Source of the DNA: a bacterium
GTDB taxonomy: Bacteria > CALINM01
Assembly (NCBI GenBank): GCA_041640455.1
Contig: JBEQAF010000015.1
Coordinates: 1 to 32,374 of the forward strand
Length of the DNA stretch: 32,374 nucleotides
Direction of reading: 5' to 3'
In this document: positions 1 to 9,722 of the stretch, piece after piece
Position numbering within the stretch: the stretch's first letter is position 1
Layout: the number at the start of each line of letters is the position of its first letter
Translations under genes and position numbers: made by a program
Notes under the pieces: model-generated
What the model was told of the DNA's origin: nothing
The model's input: only the letters and a program-made list of their open reading frames with translations
The model's database searches: none

Positions 1-286
1 AATCTATATTTGTGGTTTTGACAGCGATTGGTTTAAATCAATTAATATAAATAAACAGAATGAGATATTTTATAATAATTTTCATTTCTATAAGCAATCA
101 GACGATGGGGTTCGAAAGGTACCCAAAGATGAAGCATTGAACCTTGGGGAGTTGCTTTATGGGTTCTCTTTTCTTTTTTTTGATCTATATAAATTCCCAA
201 AAAATATAATAAATTTAGATCCAGATAGTCTGGTGGATGCATTTAGCAAAAGGCATGACATGGATATTTACAATAAAATAGTATAA
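1..286 (+). CDS. 3' end of a gene entering from the left; DUF115/MAF_flag10-like (sialyltransferase-like) glycan-locus protein
   Basis: Not in the ORF track. Frame from nt 2 is open to TAA 284-286: IYICGFDSDW...HFY...IINLDPDSLVDAFSK. The IYxxGxD..HFY..NL.PDSLVDAF pattern resembles the C-terminus of this family. Confidence 0.55.
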   Translation, partial: IYICGFDSDWFKSININKQNEIFYNNFHFYKQSDDGVRKVPKDEALNLGELLYGFSFLFFDLYKFPKNIINLDPDSLVDAFSKRHDMDIYNKIV

Positions 287-586
287 TTTCAAACTGTTTG
301 GTATTATGATTATTAAAATTATCAATGGAGTAGAAACAATATTAAAAAAATTTGGTAGTTCACTGTCCTCGAATAAAATCCAATGACAAGCCTGTATTTT
401 TTACATTTTGTGAAGTGGGATCGAGATAAAGGTTTATAATTTAGCTTTGATAAATAATGCAAAATTAATTTTCCAAATAATATTAATGAAAATAAAATAC
501 AAGAAAAACTATTAAAATTTTTAAATTTTATAAAATTTTACTTGTATTAATAATGGAAAATAAATTTTTTAGGAGATAAAGCTAGT

Positions 587-817
587 ATGAAAAAGTTTCT
601 AACACGTCTATTAAAAAGACCAAACTGGCATAATCTAAGAACATTAGAACCAGTCTCAAAAGTTTTTGGATTTGATAGAGGAACTCCAATTGATAGAGTC
701 TATATTGAAGACTTTATTAAAAAAAACAGTAAATATATCAAAGGAGTCGTGTGTGAAATTGCTGAGAATACTTATTCCCGTAAATTTGGATTTGATGTGA
801 TAAATTTTAAATACTGA
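587..817 (+). pseudogene. Truncated class I SAM-dependent methyltransferase (N-terminal 76 aa)
   Basis: EPVSKVFGFDRGTPIDRVYIEDF...KGVVCEIAENTY is the conserved N-terminus of a polysaccharide-locus methyltransferase family that is normally much longer. RBS AGGAG. The stop TGA (815-817) is the first 3 nt of an IS terminal repeat. Confidence 0.75.
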
Positions 818-1118
818 TATGCCCCCATTTTTGGAACAGAATAAATATGAACAATATAGTTTCTTTTTAATTTTGCATCCAAATATTTGGAATAACGACT
901 TAAATATAATGGCTGAAGACCTTATTAAGGATTCTTTTGAATCTTAAGCTTTTCATCTTCTTAAGGGTTTAGCCTCATTTTAGGGATGCCTTTGAATTTC
1001 TAATTATGAAAGGAACTACATAATTTTTTCAACAGGATACATTGACTGTTTCATAGTTAATACTCCGTTTATTAACTATATTTGTGTTTTGTTGTTCTAA
1101 AAAATGGGATGTAGGTCA
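815..1118 (-). mobile_element. Internally deleted, degenerate IS3-family (IS407-group-like) remnant
   Basis: Imperfect terminal inverted repeats TGATATGCCCCCATTTTTGGAACAG (815-) and, on the reverse complement, TGACCTACATCCCATTTTTTAGAACAAC (from 1118), with TG...CA ends. Minus strand has GGAG RBS, ATG 1054 MKQSMYPVEKIM*, and a broken EAKPLR/EDE segment resembling OrfA EAKRLxxLEDEN. Confidence 0.65.
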
Positions 1119-1259
1119 AATAAGATTGAAATTAAAGAAAATCTTGAAGCAAGAAAAAAGATGGAGAAATTTTTTTTGTCTATGAAACGTAGCTTTTTTA
1201 AAAGATTTAAGTCAAAAATAGGAAAAAAAATATTAAAATTATTCTGGAGGGATAAGTGA
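1119..1259 (+). pseudogene. Orphan C-terminal fragment (46 codons) of an unidentified gene
   Basis: Open frame begins immediately after the IS end (NKIEIKENLEARKK...KILKLFWRDK*). Its TGA overlaps the next gene's GTG (GTGA), as in operon coupling. Confidence 0.45.
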
Positions 1260-1672
1260 TTCAGCACATAAACCACAATTCGAAACTACTTTCAATTATA
1301 ATTAGGCGAAATTTTCAAAAGGAAGGGATTGAGTTTTTTACTCCCAATGAATTTTCGCAACAGCTTGCTTATATAAAGCGTCCCAAAAATTATGTTATAC
1401 CTCCTCATGTTCATAATCCGGTTATTAGAGAAGTGCAGTATACCCAAGAGGTACTTTTTATAAAAAGTGGCAAAGTAAAGGTAGATTTTTATGATGAGGA
1501 AAAGAATTATGTTGAAAGTGCAATTCTTGAAGCTGGGGATGTAATTTTGCTTGCCCATGGTGGGCATGGTTTTGAGATGCTGGAGGAATCAGAAATTATT
1601 GAGGTTAAGCAGGGACCTTATGCAGGAGAGATAGATAAAACAAGATTTGAGCCACACAAAAAGAAAGATTGA
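1256..1672 (+). CDS. Cupin-fold protein associated with NDP-amino-sugar genes
   Basis: PPHVHN, QEVLFIKSGKVKVDF, GGHGFEMLEES-EVKQGPY cupin motifs; GGAGG RBS; upstream of DegT. Confidence 0.8.
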   Translation: MIQHINHNSKLLSIIIRRNFQKEGIEFFTPNEFSQQLAYIKRPKNYVIPPHVHNPVIREVQYTQEVLFIKSGKVKVDFYDEEKNYVESAILEAGDVILLAHGGHGFEMLEESEIIEVKQGPYAGEIDKTRFEPHKKKD

Positions 1673-1682
1673 GGATAAACAA

Positions 1683-2798
1683 ATGATTCCAATAAATGAA
1701 CCCTTACTTAACGGGAACGAAAAGAAATATCTCCTTGAGTGTATAGAAACAGGTTGGATAGGAAGCGATGGGGCGTATGTAAAAAAGTTTGAAGAGGGGA
1801 TGGCAAATTATGTTGGGCGTAAATACGCTGTTGCTGTAACTAATGGTACGGCTGCACTTGAGCTTGCAGTAAAAGCTTTAGATATTAAAGAAGGTGATGA
1901 AGTTATTATGCCGAGTTTTACCATAATTTCTTGTGCCCAGGCAGTGGTAAAAGCTGGAGCAAAACCAGTTCTTGTGGATAGTGACTACTATACTTTTAAC
2001 ATGAATGTAAATGAAATAGAATCAAAAATTACAAAAGATACCAGAGCCATAATGGTTGTCCATACTTATGGACTTCCAGTAGATATGGACCCAGTTATAG
2101 ATCTCGCAAAAAAATATAGACTAAAGATTATAGAAGATGCAGCTGAGATGCATGGTCAAACATATAAAGGGAAAAAATGTGGAAGTTTTGGTGATATAAG
2201 TGTTTTTAGTTTTTACTCAAATAAGCATATTACCACTGGAGAAGGTGGTATGGTACTAATGGATGATGAAAATCTTTTTGAAAGATGTAAAAGTCTGAGA
2301 AATCTATGTTTTTCTACAAATCCAGAGCAACGTTTTATCCATGAGGAGCTTGGCTGGAATCTTAGGATGACCAACATACAGGCGGCAATTGGAGTAGCCC
2401 AGCTTGAGCGTATTGAGGAGTTTATAGCAAAAAAGCGTTGGATGGGGAATTTATATCAAGAATTACTAAGGGATATAAAATCTATTAATCTACCAATAAA
2501 ACAAACACCATATGCAGAAAATATATACTGGGTATTTGCTATTACCTTAAAAGATGACTATCAAAAAACAGCAAAAGGGGTTATGAGGGAGCTTGGATTG
2601 CGGAGTGTTGGTACCAGACCCTTTTTTTATCCGATGCATAAACAACCAGTATTCAAAAAAATGGTACTATTTACTGAAGAAGAATATCCAAACTCGACAA
2701 AACTATATGAAAGAGGTTTCTATATACCAAGCGGGCTTGCAATAACAGAAGATCAGATAGTTAAGGTATCAAAAATTATGCATGAGGTTTTAGAATGA
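1683..2798 (+). CDS. DegT/DnrJ/EryC1/StrS PLP aminotransferase (perosamine synthase-like)
   Basis: NGTAAL, IIEDAAE, FSFYSNKHITTGEGG (PLP lysine). Start moved to ATG 1683 (MIPINEP) after a GAGG RBS. Confidence 0.92.
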   Translation: MIPINEPLLNGNEKKYLLECIETGWIGSDGAYVKKFEEGMANYVGRKYAVAVTNGTAALELAVKALDIKEGDEVIMPSFTIISCAQAVVKAGAKPVLVDSDYYTFNMNVNEIESKITKDTRAIMVVHTYGLPVDMDPVIDLAKKYRLKIIEDAAEMHGQTYKGKKCGSFGDISVFSFYSNKHITTGEGGMVLMDDENLFERCKSLRNLCFSTNPEQRFIHEELGWNLRMTNIQAAIGVAQLERIEEFIAKKRWMGNLYQELLRDIKSINLPIKQTPYAENIYWVFAITLKDDYQKTAKGVMRELGLRSVGTRPFFYPMHKQPVFKKMVLFTEEEYPNSTKLYERGFYIPSGLAITEDQIVKVSKIMHEVLE

Positions 2799-3553
2799 AT
2801 CAGTTTGGGAATTTGTATTCACAATATTATGATTTACTTTATAGAGATAAGGATTATATCGGAGAAGTAGAGTATGTGGACGGACTAATAAAATCGTTTA
2901 AAAAAGATGTAAAAACCATAATTGATCTGGGGTGTGGAACAGGAAGACATGCTGAACTATTTTGTAATAAAGGTTATATTGTTCATGGTGTAGACCGTAG
3001 CGAAGATATGCTTAAGGTTGCAGAAATAAGAAGAAAAGGTAAAGAAGATAAACTTATATTTACCCATTCAACAATTCAAGATTTACAACTTGAAAAAAAA
3101 TTTGATGCGGTTATATCGCTCTTTCATGTCATGAGTTATCAAAATTCAAATGATGAAGTCATAAAAGCCTTTGATGTATCAAAAAGACACTTAGAGAAGG
3201 GAGGCATCTTTATCTTTGATTTTTGGTACGGACCAGCAGTTCTAACAGATTTACCGACTATAAGAATTAAACGATTAGAAAATGAAAGTATTAAAGTAAC
3301 AAGAATAGCCGAGCCCTTTTTAAATGGCAGAGAAAATATTGTTGAGGTACAATATGATATATTCATAGAAAATAAAAAAACAAATGAAATAATAGAAACA
3401 ACAGAAGTTCATAAAATGAGATATTTTTTTGATACAGAGCTTGAACTTTTCTGCAGTAGTATTGGATTTGAAATAGTAGGTAAATATGAATGGCTGACTG
3501 ATAAAATTCCTGATTTTAGTAGTTGGAATGTGGTATGGGTAGTAAAAAATTGA
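2795..3553 (+). CDS. Class I SAM-dependent methyltransferase (sugar N-methyltransferase-like)
   Basis: YYDLLY.DKDY..E, IIDLGCGTGRH, FDAVISLFHV, GGIFIFDFW; ATGA overlap with DegT. Confidence 0.9.
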   Translation: MNQFGNLYSQYYDLLYRDKDYIGEVEYVDGLIKSFKKDVKTIIDLGCGTGRHAELFCNKGYIVHGVDRSEDMLKVAEIRRKGKEDKLIFTHSTIQDLQLEKKFDAVISLFHVMSYQNSNDEVIKAFDVSKRHLEKGGIFIFDFWYGPAVLTDLPTIRIKRLENESIKVTRIAEPFLNGRENIVEVQYDIFIENKKTNEIIETTEVHKMRYFFDTELELFCSSIGFEIVGKYEWLTDKIPDFSSWNVVWVVKN

Positions 3554-4728
3554 AGATAGCTGTTGTCTTTGAAGGTAATTTAGAAGGTGGAGGTGGCTAT
3601 CAACAACAGCTATCAGTAATAACAAAACTTGTTAATTTAGAAAAATACGAGATAATAGCTTTTTTATTTAATAAATTAAACATAAAGGCTTTAGAAAGAT
3701 ATAAAATAAAAACGATCTTAGTAAAAGAGAATATTTTTAGTAAAGCTTTTAGGTTGTTACATAGACAACCCTGGTTTTTTCGATTTACAAAACGATTAAA
3801 ATTAAAAACTAAATTCGAAAAGAAACTTACAGATTACAATATAGACCTAGTTTATTTTTTATCACCATTGGGACTTTCACTCGATTTAATTGAGCATAAT
3901 TATATCCTTACTGTATGGGATTTATGTCATAGAGATTTTCTTGAGTTTCCAGAAGTGAACTTTTATAGAGAGTTTGAATTAAGAGAAGAGCTATATATTA
4001 AAGCTTTAAAAAAAGCTGTTGCTATATTAGTAGATAGTGAACTTGGCAAAGAGAATATCATCAGAAGATATAATATTGATGAAGAGAGAGTTTTTGTAGC
4101 TCCATTTGAACCTTCGGTGAATACTCACATAAAAAACGAAGTTGAAGTAAAAACAAAGTATAAAATCAATGGAGAATATATTTATTATCCTGCACAATTT
4201 TGGTCTCATAAAAATCATGTTTATATTATAGATGCATTAGCTATACTGAGATCTTGGGGTATTACGCTTTTTGGTATATTTAGTGGTTCAGATAAAGGTA
4301 ATCTTAATTATGTATTGAAATATGCAAAAGAAAAAGGAGTGGATGATCTAATAAAATATATTGGATTTGCACCAAACGAAGAAATTTATTCACTTTATAA
4401 GAATTCTTTAGCACTTGTCATGCCAACATATTTCGGTCCAACTAATATACCTCCACTTGAAGCCTTTGCTATAGGCACTCCGGTTATTTATTCAGATTTA
4501 AAAGGACTTAGGGAACAGGTTGGAGATGCCGCATTGCTTTGCGATTTAAACGATCCAGGAAGTTTAGCAAAGCAATTAAAAGATCTTTTGGAATCTGGAA
4601 ATTTAAGAATTGATTTAATTGAAAAGGGGAAACAAAGGCTTAAACAATTATCCAAGAATGACATATTAGAAACGCTCGATACTATTTTTACTAATTATGC
4701 AATAAAGATGAAATGTTGGAAGTATTAG
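3523..4728 (+). CDS. Glycosyltransferase family 4 (GT-B)
   Basis: TVWDLCH, YPAQFWSHKNH, GPTNIPPLEAFAIGTPVI. Exact start uncertain (3523, 3535 or 3550). Confidence 0.9.
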   Translation: MECGMGSKKLKIAVVFEGNLEGGGGYQQQLSVITKLVNLEKYEIIAFLFNKLNIKALERYKIKTILVKENIFSKAFRLLHRQPWFFRFTKRLKLKTKFEKKLTDYNIDLVYFLSPLGLSLDLIEHNYILTVWDLCHRDFLEFPEVNFYREFELREELYIKALKKAVAILVDSELGKENIIRRYNIDEERVFVAPFEPSVNTHIKNEVEVKTKYKINGEYIYYPAQFWSHKNHVYIIDALAILRSWGITLFGIFSGSDKGNLNYVLKYAKEKGVDDLIKYIGFAPNEEIYSLYKNSLALVMPTYFGPTNIPPLEAFAIGTPVIYSDLKGLREQVGDAALLCDLNDPGSLAKQLKDLLESGNLRIDLIEKGKQRLKQLSKNDILETLDTIFTNYAIKMKCWKY

Positions 4729-4741
4729 CGTTTAAGGCTAA

Positions 4742-4772
4742 TGATATGCCATTTTTGAGAATAGAATATATG
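4742..4772. mobile_element. Second degenerate copy of the IS end seen at 815
   Basis: TGATATGCC---ATTTTTGAGAATAGAAT--ATATG aligns with 815 TGATATGCCCCCATTTTTG-GAACAGAATAAATATG. Confidence 0.5.
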
Positions 4773-4939
4773 TTATTGACTTTAAAAAATGTCTAATATG
4801 GCAATCTTCTTCTTTAAGTCTGACACAAAGTATTTTTAGTTTTTCATGTTAATACCATTTTTATCGTATCATCAAATTTTATTTATTCAAAAAAGCAGGT
4901 AATGTTTATTGTGAGAGATTTGACTTTTAGAGGCTAAAA

Positions 4940-5887
4940 ATGTTTTGTTTAGATGAAAGATTTAGCACCACAAGGTGTGTGACGAGGGAAAAGCCAGAGA
5001 TTATTAATAAGCCAGAGGATAAGTTTGAGACTTTGCTATTTATGCCTCCTGGAGAAGGCAGGCAAGGCGAAGGTGGCCTCCGCACAAAAGGCTATTTTAA
5101 AAAGTCATATGAAGGTAAGCCTTTAATCTCAGTAATAACCGTCGTTTTCAATGATGAAAAATATCTCGAAGAAACGATCCTCAGCGTCTTAACCCAGACA
5201 TATGACAATGTCGAATATATAATCATAGACGGTGGAAGCACAGATGGTACACTGGAGACTATAAAAAGATACGACCATGCCATAGATTATTGGGTAAGTG
5301 AAAAGGATAAAGGGATTTATGATGGGATGAATAAAGGAATTGATTTAGCAAGTGGTGCTTGGATAAATTTCATTAACGTGGGAGATGGCTTTTATAATAA
5401 TGAAATATTAAAGGTAGTTTTTCAGAATATCGGTAAGTTTCATGGTGTTATTTATGGTGATACTTTAATTATTTATCATAAATTTCAACAAAAATTAAAA
5501 GCATATCCTTTTAAAAATATAAATTTTGGTATGATATTTAGTCATCAGAGCTCTTTTGTTAGTTCATTTTTATATAAATCAAGAAAGTTCTCTTTGAACT
5601 ACAAATTCGCAGCTGATTATGATTTTTTCTATTACTTATATAAAAAGGGGATAGATTTTATATATATTCCGCAAATTTTTACGTATATGAGAGCTGGTGG
5701 AGCTAGCTATGTTAATTATTTTACTGTGATTTCAGAATATGAAAGAATTGTGATACAAAATAACAATGCATTTAAAAATAAATTGGTTTTTTTATATAAA
5801 AAATTAAAGCACATTTTTAGAATTATTATGATAAAGCTATTTCCAAGAGCTATATTAGAATATATTGTCAATATCAAATCTAAATAA
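4940..5887 (+). CDS. Glycosyltransferase family 2 with a ~55-aa N-terminal extension
   Basis: PLISVITVVFN, YIIIDGGSTDGT, SEKDKGIYDGMNKG, HQS, ADYDF. Confidence 0.92.
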   Translation: MFCLDERFSTTRCVTREKPEIINKPEDKFETLLFMPPGEGRQGEGGLRTKGYFKKSYEGKPLISVITVVFNDEKYLEETILSVLTQTYDNVEYIIIDGGSTDGTLETIKRYDHAIDYWVSEKDKGIYDGMNKGIDLASGAWINFINVGDGFYNNEILKVVFQNIGKFHGVIYGDTLIIYHKFQQKLKAYPFKNINFGMIFSHQSSFVSSFLYKSRKFSLNYKFAADYDFFYYLYKKGIDFIYIPQIFTYMRAGGASYVNYFTVISEYERIVIQNNNAFKNKLVFLYKKLKHIFRIIMIKLFPRAILEYIVNIKSK

Positions 5888-6050
5888 CTTAGCTAAAAAT
5901 CATAATACGAAAAGCTAATGCCTTAATGCTTAAAATTTATCTAACCTTCTGATTGATTTAAAAACTTTAAACAAATCGCAAAAAACAAGGTAAATTGCAT
6001 TTAGAAAGTAATGGAAAGATATCTCGAAGTATAAAATTGTGTGAGAATAA

Positions 6051-6380
6051 AACTATTGCTTAAGGCAATACGAGCTTAAATTTATAAACTGTGAGCCTAA
6101 TAAAATCTATGATTATACTCAGTTAGGACTTCCCGTTATATGTACCTGTCAGGTCAATCTAAAGAAAATTATAGAAAAGTACAAGATCGGTATAGTAATA
6201 TGTAGTAAAGATGGCGTAAAGCGTGCTCAAGAAATAACAGATGCTGTGAGAAGAATAAGAGAAAACATGAATTATTATAAAGGAAACATAAAGAAATTTT
6301 TATCAGATTATAACTGGGACAATGAAAAAAACAGATTAAAAGAAGCAGTTAAAAAACTAACTAACACATCAGGAGTGTAA
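6051..6380 (+). pseudogene. C-terminal remnant of a GT4 glycosyltransferase
   Basis: Frame with no upstream start, not in the track: NCEPNKIYDYTQLGLPVIC...IIEKYKIGIVI...YNWDNEKNRL...GV*. PNK.YDY..GLPVI and YNW are GT4 C-terminal motifs. The stop abuts the YfhO start and contains its AGGAG RBS. Confidence 0.75.
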
Positions 6381-8900
6381 ATGAATCTTGCCAAAAAATA
6401 TTTTTTTGTATATTTAGCTTTTCTTTTAATATGTCACATTTTTTTCTATAAGCTTCTTACCCCCAATCATAATGTTTTTGCTACCGATAAGCAGGTTCAG
6501 GGGCAGGTTTTTGCAGAGGCGGTTAAGGAAAAAGAGACAAAAAGTGAGTTTCCTTTCTGGATGAATGAAATACTTGGTGGCATGCCCACTCAGGCAGGCT
6601 TCATAGGAAGTAAGCAGCTTCTGGACAGAGTGTGGGGAGTTGTTGCATATCCTTTTTTTGTGCTTCCCAGCTATCTGGATAAGTTTTTTACCGATGAATA
6701 TGGAATGATTTACTGGTTTGCCCTTTTCGGTTTTTTTATGTTTTTGTATCTGAGAAGCCTGGGGCTGTCCTACTTTGCTTCCTTTGTGGGTGGCATAGCA
6801 TTTTTATCCTGCACAGGCTTTGTTTCGCTTTTTTATCCGGGACACCATGTTGGGAAGGTGTCGGTTATAGGGATGATGCCGCTTATTTTGCTTTGTCTAA
6901 AATATGCCTTTGAAAAAGAAAAACACTCAATTCTGCTTTTTCTTATAGCAGGTTTTTTGCTTGCTCGAAACATGACTTTACACATTCAAATATTCTTCCT
7001 GCTTTGTGTTTCTCTTGTAGTTTATCTATTTTTCAAGATTATCTTTGATTATGTGGAGAAAAAGGATTTTAAAAGACTGGCAAAGTTTGTTGTTCTTTCA
7101 GGTGTTCTTTTTGCAATGGCAGCAGCATTAAATGCGGATCAGCTTTTGACAAGAATGGAGTTCAGACAATATACCCACAGAGGTTCTCAGGGAGAGGTCT
7201 CTCAGATGGATCAGGCGGCGATGCCAAATGTATCTCCTGACCAGATGAAGTATTTTTTTGTCACCTCCTTTTCCCAACCACCTGAAGACCTTCTGGGGCT
7301 TTTTATGAGATATCCCTTTGGTATGGGAAAACCATACGGAGGAGTGCTTAAGGAAGTTGAAGATATCCCCTATTATCGTGGCAGATTTGAGCTAAGGCTC
7401 AGTCTGGAGTATGTGGGTATTTTTGTATTTATCCTTGCCATACTGGGTGCGATAAAATATTTTAAACAGACAGAAGTTAAGCTTATTGTTATACTGGGGA
7501 TTACTTCGATTCTCTTATCTCTTGGTAAGTATACAGTCCTTTTTGATATTCTGTATAAAATGCCTGGATTTAGAAATTTCAGGATTCCGCTGGTTTATAT
7601 AATGACAAGCTACTTTTCATTTGGTGCACTTTGTGGCTTTGGTGTTAATTATCTGGAAAATTTTGTAAAGCAAGGTCAGAACGGGCTGGTAAAGAAGTTT
7701 TTTTACACAATATCTGTAATAGCAATTGTGCTCGGGATAATCGCCTTATGGGGTAGTTTTTTTGAAAGAGAGAGCATTGAGTTTCTGATTAGCTTTGAGC
7801 TTGTAAGAGAGATGCTATGGGGGATATATCAGGATGTTTTTCAAAGATATGCCCTTTTTATGTATAATCTTTATTATCTTGTAGGTGCTTTGATCGCTAC
7901 TTCTGTTTTCATCTATCTTCTTATTAAAAAATGGTTGCCACTGAAGATATTTTATTTAATAATTCCCCTTGCCATATCTTTGGATCTCTGGACATTAAAT
8001 AACAAATTTATTATTACTATTCCAAAAGAAGAGAATGTTAAGCAGTTTATGGGTGAGGATAATCTGGTAAGATTTCTTAATGAGGATAAATCCTATTTCC
8101 GAATAAAAAGCACCATCGATGAGGTAAATAATAAATGGGTAGTTTTTGGGATATCCAATATTGAGGGTTATCATCCCACACCGTTGAAGTTTTTTGAGGA
8201 TCTTTACTCGCTTGTGAACTTTTCAAATGATGTGGATAGTCTTTTAAATATCAAATATCTTCTTTTAGATCCCAATGACCCGCTGACAAGATTGATTGAT
8301 GGGAGCCCTCTGCTTAAAGAAAAATATGAAAAGGTTTATGAAACCACTGCGTATTCTATTGCACTAAAAGGCGAAAAGCCTGTTGTTGTATATAGAAACA
8401 AAAAAGACTTTGGAAGAGCTTTCTTTGTTTATAATTACGGTGTAGTGGATAGTGATGACAAAGGATTGGCAATAATTGCACAGCCCAACTTCAGACTAAG
8501 GGACATGGCAGTTCTCAATGAGAAGCCAAAAAATCCACTTCCTTTGCAGAAAGGTGCTCATGAAAAGATTGAGTTTATAAAATACACCCCCAATCATATT
8601 GAAATGTAAACGGAAACTGACGGCAACGCTCTGCTAATATTCAGCGAAAACTGGTATCCTGCCTGGAAAGCATATATTGATGGCAGCAGAGTTGAACTCT
8701 TGAGAGCCTACAATGCATTAAGGGCTGTTTTTGTTCCTGCAGGAAAGCACAAAATAGAATTCAGATATCAGTCGGATAGCTACAGGAACGGAATAATTTT
8801 GTTCTGGTTAGGGTTCGGATTCTTAATAGCTATGCTTATTTATGAGATTTATAAGTTTGATCTGATCAAAAAAATAGTTAAGAGACAAAAAAATGTTTGA
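6381..8900 (+). pseudogene. YfhO-family (GT-C-like) membrane protein interrupted by one in-frame TAA at 8607-8609
   Basis: Multi-TM N-terminus with FPFWMNEILGGMP. The frame continues past the TAA into SENWYPAWKAYIDG...RAYNALRAVFVPAGKHKIEFRY plus a TM helix, in frame with ORF 8700-8900. Confidence 0.85.
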
Positions 8901-9480
8901 TAGACTTAAAGAAAAAATTTTGCATTATGCTGAAAAAAAACATGCCAACTGGGTACTTTTTTTAAACTCCTTTACTGAATCATCTTTTTTTCCCATCCCG
9001 CCGGATCTGCTTCAGATGGCGTTATCGTTTATAAAACCTAAAAAAGCACTATGGTATGCGCTGCTATCAACTATAGCATCCACTCTTGGAGGAGTTCTGG
9101 GATACATAATCGGGGTCTATCTGATGGATTTTATCGGCTGGCCTATAATAAACCTGTATAAGCTGGAAGCACAGTATGAGGTTGTGAAAAGAATGTATGC
9201 TGAAAAGGATGTGTGGATAGTCTTTACCGCTGCATTTACTCCCATTCCATACAAGCTGATAACAATCACAGCTGGTGCTGTAAGGCTCAATATTTTTAAT
9301 TTTATAATAGCCTCCGCAGTAGGGCGGGCTATGAGATTTTTTCTTGTAGGCTTTGCTATCTACTTTTTTGGGGAACGTGTTAAACCCTTCCTGCAGAAAT
9401 ATTTAAATATTCTGACAGTTTTGTTTTTCATATTGCTGGTTTTAGGTTTTGTGATCATAAAATACATTGTAAAAGCTTGA
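8893..9480 (+). CDS. YqaA/DedA-family (VTT domain) membrane protein
   Basis: SFTESSFFPIPPD, STLGGVLGY, AFTPIPYKLITITAG, VGRAMRFF. Confidence 0.92.
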   Translation: MFDRLKEKILHYAEKKHANWVLFLNSFTESSFFPIPPDLLQMALSFIKPKKALWYALLSTIASTLGGVLGYIIGVYLMDFIGWPIINLYKLEAQYEVVKRMYAEKDVWIVFTAAFTPIPYKLITITAGAVRLNIFNFIIASAVGRAMRFFLVGFAIYFFGERVKPFLQKYLNILTVLFFILLVLGFVIIKYIVKA

Positions 9481-9524
9481 TAGAACAATAACTTAAATAA
9501 ACGATGGCGGTATCTAAAAAATTA

Positions 9525-9552
9525 TTGAAAAAATAAATCGGAATGCTAAAAT
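9525..9552 (+). promoter_or_regulatory. Putative sigma70 promoter of the tRNA pair
   Basis: TTGAAA - 16 nt - TAAAAT, with an extended-10 TG, ending 12 nt before tRNA-Gln. Confidence 0.55.
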
Positions 9553-9564
9553 ATAAAGTCTAAT

Positions 9565-9635
9565 TGGGAGATCGTCTAACGGCAGGACAGCGGACTCTGA
9601 CTCCGCGAATCTAGGTTCAAATCCTAGTCTCCCAG
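9565..9635 (+). tRNA. tRNA-Gln (anticodon CTG)
   Basis: Acceptor TGGGAGA/TCTCCCA, anticodon arm GCGGA-CTCTGAC-TCCGC, T arm CTAGG-TTCAAAT-CCTAG; CCA not encoded. Confidence 0.95.
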
Positions 9636-9649
9636 CTTAAATCGCTATC

Positions 9650-9722
9650 GGTCCTATCGTCTAGCGGCCCAGGACGCTGCCCTCTCACGGCAGAAACGGG
9701 GGTTCGAGTCCCCCTAGGATCA
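9650..9722 (+). tRNA. tRNA-Glu (anticodon CTC)
   Basis: Acceptor GGTCCTA/TAGGATC, anticodon arm CTGCC-CTCTCAC-GGCAG, GC-rich T arm with TTCGAGT loop; followed by TCA rather than CCA. Confidence 0.95.

Noticed and set aside
42..242. 66-aa minus-strand ORF
   Set aside because: Shadow of the + strand reading frame 2-286.
363..388. Possible IS end CTGTCCTCGAATAAAATCCAATGACA
   Set aside because: Looks like a TGT-type terminus, but there is no partner repeat or transposase evidence.
5924..5935. 12-mer TAATGCTTAAAA shared with 32289-32300, IS4-like end
   Set aside because: Short and AT-rich; could be chance.
8607..8609. Selenocysteine/pyrrolysine or alternative genetic code
   Set aside because: The codon is TAA, which terminates many other genes in the window.
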